A stretch of 43,400 bases of DNA from an uncultured Candidatus Bathyarchaeia archaeon (GTDB taxonomy: Archaea > Thermoproteota > Bathyarchaeia > Bathyarchaeales > Bathycorpusculaceae). A program made the position numbers and the translations under genes. The notes beneath the pieces are model-generated. The model was given only the letters and a program-made list of their open reading frames with translations. It did not search any database and was not told the DNA's origin. The DNA is taken from NCBI GenBank assembly GCA_964632825.1, contig CAZWBY010000001.1, positions 1 to 43,400 on the forward strand. Reading direction: 5' to 3'. Positions 41,464 to 43,400 of this stretch are shown one piece after another (positions within the stretch are counted from its first letter, which is position 1; each line of letters begins with the position of its first letter).

Positions 41464-42030
41464 ATGGAGAAGCGGTACGAGGAGTACGCCTACGTGCTTG
41501 ATTTCTTGCCGCACGGGCGTCCAGGGTTTCAACCATCTGGTCGAGCAGGTTACAGAGCGGGAGCTCTGATTCAATGCATGGGCGAAGAGTTCTTTACGCT
41601 TTTGGAAGCTTTGGTGAAGGAAGGCTTGATGCTCAGACCTAGTGATCGCGTTTATGTTGGAAAGGAGTCGCGGGAAGAAGTCACCTACATCATAGGCAGA
41701 GTCGGATACGAAGAGTTGACGGGCGCAGCCAAAGCAGAGCTTCAGGGTGTAATCACAAGGATTGTACTCAATCGGGAAGACTGGTTTGTAAACTTCTTCA
41801 ACACAGCTAGAGCCATTACTCCACGGATGCATGCCTTGGAGCTGGTGCCTGGCATTGGAAAGAAATACATGTGGCAGGTAATCAACGAGCGAGAACGCAA
41901 ACCGTTTGAAAACTTTGAGGACCTACAGAAACGAACGGAACTGCCTAACCCAGCAAAACTCATAACCAAGCGGGTTATGGAGGAACTTGAGGGCGACAGT
42001 AAATACCGCTTGTTCACGCGAGCAAACTAA
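41464..42030 (+). CDS. DUF655 family protein (OB-like N-domain plus helix-hairpin-helix)
   Basis: YEEYAYVLDFLPHG..., FFN.A.AITPRMHALELVPGIGKK....I..ER...PFENFEDLQKR. Confidence 0.7.
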   Translation: MEKRYEEYAYVLDFLPHGRPGFQPSGRAGYRAGALIQCMGEEFFTLLEALVKEGLMLRPSDRVYVGKESREEVTYIIGRVGYEELTGAAKAELQGVITRIVLNREDWFVNFFNTARAITPRMHALELVPGIGKKYMWQVINERERKPFENFEDLQKRTELPNPAKLITKRVMEELEGDSKYRLFTRAN

Positions 42031-42033
42031 GGC

Positions 42034-42864
42034 TTGCACCTGATGAATCTTCTCGAAAAAACGAGGCAGTTACTCTGGACTTACAAGATTGCTCCAAACA
42101 GATTCTTGGGGCAGAACTTCCTCGTTGATGAGACGATTTTCCCAAAGCTATCTGAGTACGCTTCGCTAGGTCAAACAGATGCAGCCTTGGATGTTGGCGC
42201 TGGATTTGGCTTTCTCTCTTGTTTTATGGCAAACAAGTGTGCGCATGTACTAGCAGTTGAAAAAGACGCGCGTGTGGCTTCTGTACTTCGCAAGCAGGTC
42301 AGCGGGAGCACTAACATCTGTGTGATCGAAGGCGACGTGCTAGCTGCTGATGTGCCTGTCTTTGACAAAGTAGTTTCCGCACCTCCATACCAAATAAGTT
42401 CTGAATTACTCAACTGGCTCTTTTTGCGACCCTTCAAATGTGCCGTACTGATCCTCCAAGAGGAATTCGCTAATCGCATAACAGCTCCAACTGGAACCAA
42501 TGATTACAGTTGGATGACCGTCTACGCATACTACCACACAAGCGTGGAGTCGTTGGACGCCGTGCCCCGGCAGAAGTTCTATCCTGAGCCGGAAGTTGAC
42601 TCAACCATTGTCCGATTGATACCGCGTTCCAAACCAGCTTTCCCATTGACTGACGCTCGATTGTTCAAACAAATGCTGAAATCGGTCTTTGCAGAGCGCA
42701 ACAAGAAACTCATAAACGCAGCAATGCCTTTTGCGAAGAATGTTCTTGGGCTATCATCCGGAAATGCCAAATCGCGTTTAAGTAAGCTGCCGTTCTTTGA
42801 AGATAGGGTTAGAACTTTGGCGCCGGAAGCATTTGGAGATGTAGCGTGTGTCCTCATTCGTTAG
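42034..42864 (+). CDS. rsmA: 16S rRNA (adenine1518/1519-N6)-dimethyltransferase KsgA/Dim1
   Basis: LGQNFLVDE, LDVGAGFGFLS, V.AVEKD and V.SAPPYQISS. Confidence 0.9.
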   Translation: MHLMNLLEKTRQLLWTYKIAPNRFLGQNFLVDETIFPKLSEYASLGQTDAALDVGAGFGFLSCFMANKCAHVLAVEKDARVASVLRKQVSGSTNICVIEGDVLAADVPVFDKVVSAPPYQISSELLNWLFLRPFKCAVLILQEEFANRITAPTGTNDYSWMTVYAYYHTSVESLDAVPRQKFYPEPEVDSTIVRLIPRSKPAFPLTDARLFKQMLKSVFAERNKKLINAAMPFAKNVLGLSSGNAKSRLSKLPFFEDRVRTLAPEAFGDVACVLIR

Positions 42865-42868
42865 ACGA

Positions 42869-43400
42869 GTGAGTCTTGGCAATTGTGTGTTTTCTGTTGA
42901 TGAAAACGTATACGAGCCTGCTGAAGATACTTTCCTCTTTGCTGATAACCTCAACGCCCAGGAAAATGACATGGTTCTTGACATGGGCTCAGGCTGTGGG
43001 GCTTTGGGCATAATCGCTGCAAAGAAAGCGCGATCAGTCCTTTCGGTTGACGTGAACCCACATGCCGTCCGCTGCACAAAGGCAAATGCGACACAGAATG
43101 GTGTCTCCAATAGAATGGCTTTCGTGCAAAGCGATTTGTTTTCAGCCCTGCACAAATGTGCAAAGTTCTCTTTGGTACTTTTCAATGCGCCTTATCTGCC
43201 AGTAACAGAAGGCGAAACAGACTCGTGGATCGAGCTTTCATGGACTGGTGGAGCCTCTGGCAGGCTTGTAATTGACCGCTTCATAGCTGGCGTACGGGAT
43301 CATTTAGCACAAGCTGGTCGCGTCCTGCTTATGCAATCCACTCTTGCAGGAGTAGAAGAAACGATCAGGAGGTACGAGGAATGTAGCATGAATGCGCAAG
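42869..43400 (+). CDS. HemK/Mtq2-like N5-glutamine methyltransferase (partial; runs off the right edge)
   Basis: Hand translation from GTG 42869: VSLGNCVFSVDENVYEPAEDTFLFADNL...MVLDMGSGCGALGIIAAKKARSVLSVDVNPHAV...FSLVLFNAPYLP.... It has SAM motif I and an N(A)PY motif IV. It is absent from the track because there is no stop in the window. Confidence 0.7.
   Translation, partial: MSLGNCVFSVDENVYEPAEDTFLFADNLNAQENDMVLDMGSGCGALGIIAAKKARSVLSVDVNPHAVRCTKANATQNGVSNRMAFVQSDLFSALHKCAKFSLVLFNAPYLPVTEGETDSWIELSWTGGASGRLVIDRFIAGVRDHLAQAGRVLLMQSTLAGVEETIRRYEECSMNAQ

Noticed and set aside
42778-43185. 135-aa minus-strand ORF at the right edge
   Set aside because: Antisense to the HemK/Mtq2-like methyltransferase frame, which shows SAM motif I and an NAPY motif IV.
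1-43400. Whole-window search for CRISPR arrays, rRNA genes, IS elements, integrases or long terminal repeats that would mark the central island as mobile
   Set aside because: I found no regularly spaced 25-40-nt repeats, no rRNA-like sequence, no transposase/integrase-like ORFs, and no long direct repeats flanking 19.1-24.6 kb. The island may still be acquired, but nothing in the sequence proves mobility.

Overview
Archaeal chromosomal segment. The gene set is TACK-like: both PolD subunits, Orc1/Cdc6, PCNA, TFS, an Elf1 homolog, RpoL/RpoF, Csl4, Dph2, aIF5A, SRP54, Pus10, Sec61beta and GGGP synthase. Lineage is inferred from gene content only. Most of the window is densely packed housekeeping: information processing, translation, NAD, PEP and SAH metabolism. 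RNA genes I can support are one intron-containing tRNA-Ser(CGA) and one candidate C/D box sRNA. I read a replication origin directly upstream of cdc6: three ORB-type Orc1/Cdc6 boxes and an AT-rich unwinding stretch. The ORBs imply that the 491-aa Cdc6 ORF is over-extended at its N-terminus. The window centre (about 19.1-24.6 kb) is atypical, with low coding density, hypothetical wHTH genes and dense TGTGA-type direct and inverted repeats confined to non-coding stretches. It also holds a translationally coupled NurA-like nuclease / HerA-like ATPase pair, convergent with a membrane-anchored coiled-coil wHTH gene. No mre11/rad50 is present in the window. That three-gene module at 20077-23394 is my best candidate for an undescribed system. 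Function is inferred only: origin-proximal DNA processing/segregation, or nuclease-helicase defence. Other points worth a second look: a split COG2187-type kinase bracketing a PHP phosphoesterase with a shared ACGGAAA promoter motif; a split NadE plus Nit-type subunit; an apparent +1 frameshift at the 5' end of nob1. I saw no rRNA, CRISPR array, transposase or integrase. All calls come from reading the ORF translations and the DNA by eye; no database search was run.
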